DNA from: Blastocystis sp. ATCC 50177/Nand II
Lineage: Eukaryota
Length of the DNA: 64,000 bases
Assembly: GCA_039096935.1 (NCBI GenBank)
Contig: JBBPEE010000035.1
Coordinates: forward strand, 620,001 to 684,000
Direction of reading: 5' to 3'
Shown here: positions 62,504 through 64,000 of the stretch, one piece after another
Layout: each line of letters begins with the position of its first letter
How positions within the stretch are numbered: the first letter of the stretch is position 1
Program-made: the position numbers and the translations under genes
Notes under the pieces: generated by a model
What the model was told of the DNA's origin: nothing
Seen by the model: the letters and a program-made list of their open reading frames with translations, nothing else
Database searches by the model: none

Positions 62504-62657
62504 CCCCTGTTTTCTCCACACACTTCCGTTTTTCTCTTTCTTACGAACCACAAATCCCCCCTTTTTCCCCAATCCCCATCTTCTCCAAATTGTGGGCTCC
62601 CCCACCCACCCGTTTTTCCCCAAACTCTCTTCCTCTCCCCCTATTCACAAACACAAA

Positions 62658-64000
62658 ATGAGCTATATGATGGTACTACACATTTCTTCACTTCTCACAG
62701 CGTAGCAACCCCAAATCATCCTATTGAAGGATGGAACAGACACAAGTCAAGGCCGTGGCCAACTGATCAGCAACATCAACGCCTGCGAAGCGGTGGCGGA
62801 CGCTATTCGCTCTACGCTGGGTCCTCGCGGAATGGACAAGCTGGTGCAGACTACACAGAAGCCGGTGATTTCAAACGACGGTGCGAGCATTATGAAGCTG
62901 CTGGACATTGTGCATCCCGCCGCCAAAACGTTAGTGGACATTGCGCAAGCGCAGGACGCCGAGGTGGGTGACGGAACGACCACCGTCGTGCTGCTGGCCG
63001 CGGAGATACTGAAGAACGCGAAGGAGTTCATCAACGAGGGAATGCACTCCCAGGTGATCATTCGCGGCATCCGCGCGGGTCTGAGGAAGGCTCTGGAGAC
63101 GCTCAACACAATCGCCGTGACCATTTCCGACTCCAACCCCGAGGAGAAGCGCAAGATGCTGGAGAAGGTGGCGGGAACGGCGCTGAACTCGAAGCTGATC
63201 CGCTCGCACAAGGAGTACTTCGCGCCGATGATCGTGGAGTCCGTGTGCATGCTGGACCAGGATCTCAATCTGGGTCTGGTGGGAATCAAGAAGGTGCCCG
63301 GAGGCAGCGTGACGGACTCGAAGCTGATCCGTGGCGTGGCCTTCGAGAAGACCTTCTCCTACGCGGGATTCGAGCAGCAGCCCAAGTACTTCAAGAACCC
63401 CAAGATTCTGCTGCTGAATCTGGAGCTGGAACTGAAGAGCGAGCGCGATAACGCGGAAGTACTCACTCCACTCATCCATCACGATTAGATCCGCATCTCG
63501 CCGGAAGAGTACCAGAGCATCGTGGACGCGGAGTGGAAGATCATCTACGGCAAGCTGGACGCGTGCATCGCGCTGGGCGCCAACATCGTCCTGTCGCGAT
63601 TGCCCATCGGCGATCTGGCCACACAGTACTTCGCCGATCGCGGCGTGTTCTGCGCCGGGCGCATCGCCGAGGACGACATCAAGCGCATCGAGAAGGCCAC
63701 GGGCGCCCGCATCCAGAGCACGGTGTACGGCGTGGACGCCAAGGTGTTGGGGACGTGCGGCGTGTTCGAGGAGGTCCAGGTGGGCAGCAAGCGCTACAAC
63801 CTGTTCACCGAGTGCCCCGCCGCCGAGACCGCGACCTTCATCCTGCGCGGCGGCGCGGAGCAGTTCCTGGAGGAGGCGGAGCGTTCGATCCATGGTGGGT
63901 GCGCGATGGAGATGTGATGGACAGATTCGCTGATGGTGACCAAGAAGTGCATCAACAGCAACCGCGTGGTGGGCGGCGGCGGCGCGGTGGAAATGGCGGT
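62658..64000 (+). CDS. CCT7: T-complex protein 1 subunit eta, 3'-truncated
   Basis: '[27 protein letters not shown]', '[10 protein letters not shown]', 'GDGTTTV', '[13 protein letters not shown]'. Confidence 0.95.

Noticed and set aside
1..64000. Apparent frameshifts and stops suggesting pseudogenes or an alternative genetic code
   Set aside because: Resolved by ~30-nt introns, some in frame and hidden inside ORFs (e.g. about 858-887 and 10429-10458).

Overview
Gene-dense eukaryotic DNA, almost certainly Blastocystis (anaerobic gut stramenopile; subtype not determinable here). The basis is ~30-nt GT-AG introns, intergenic gaps often under 150 nt and the TGTTTGTT 3'-end motif. About 27 spliced genes were reconstructed by hand. 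In order they are TRRAP/Tra1 (5'-truncated), dihydroorotase, a GT92-like glycosyltransferase, OCRL/INPP5B, an EDR2-C protein, a kinase-LRR gene, a MORN-LRR gene, calnexin, eIF1, a small Tim, ACBP, an unknown gene, ZNHIT1, FabD/MCAT, a TBC protein, a P4-ATPase, DP, a Tim17-family protein, Rab GDI, an MFS transporter, CSB/ERCC6, SSADH, an SCP-like phosphatase, an HMG-box protein, DUF1295, legumain, COG1, a second kinase-LRR gene and CCT7 (3'-truncated). Main highlights: (1) about 10 genes whose stop codon appears to be created by polyadenylation (in-frame T + 4 nt + TGTTTGTT-like motif); (2) four very short U12-type introns, two AT-AC and two AT-AG; (3) a STE20-like kinase fused to an LRR array built from tandem 72-nt single-repeat exons with clustered variation, whose predicted poly(A)-made stop exposes a CaaX box; (4) a legumain with a remodelled S1 pocket. 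Gene models and family calls come from reading motifs by eye, without database searches or RNA data, so exon edges and start codons are approximate.
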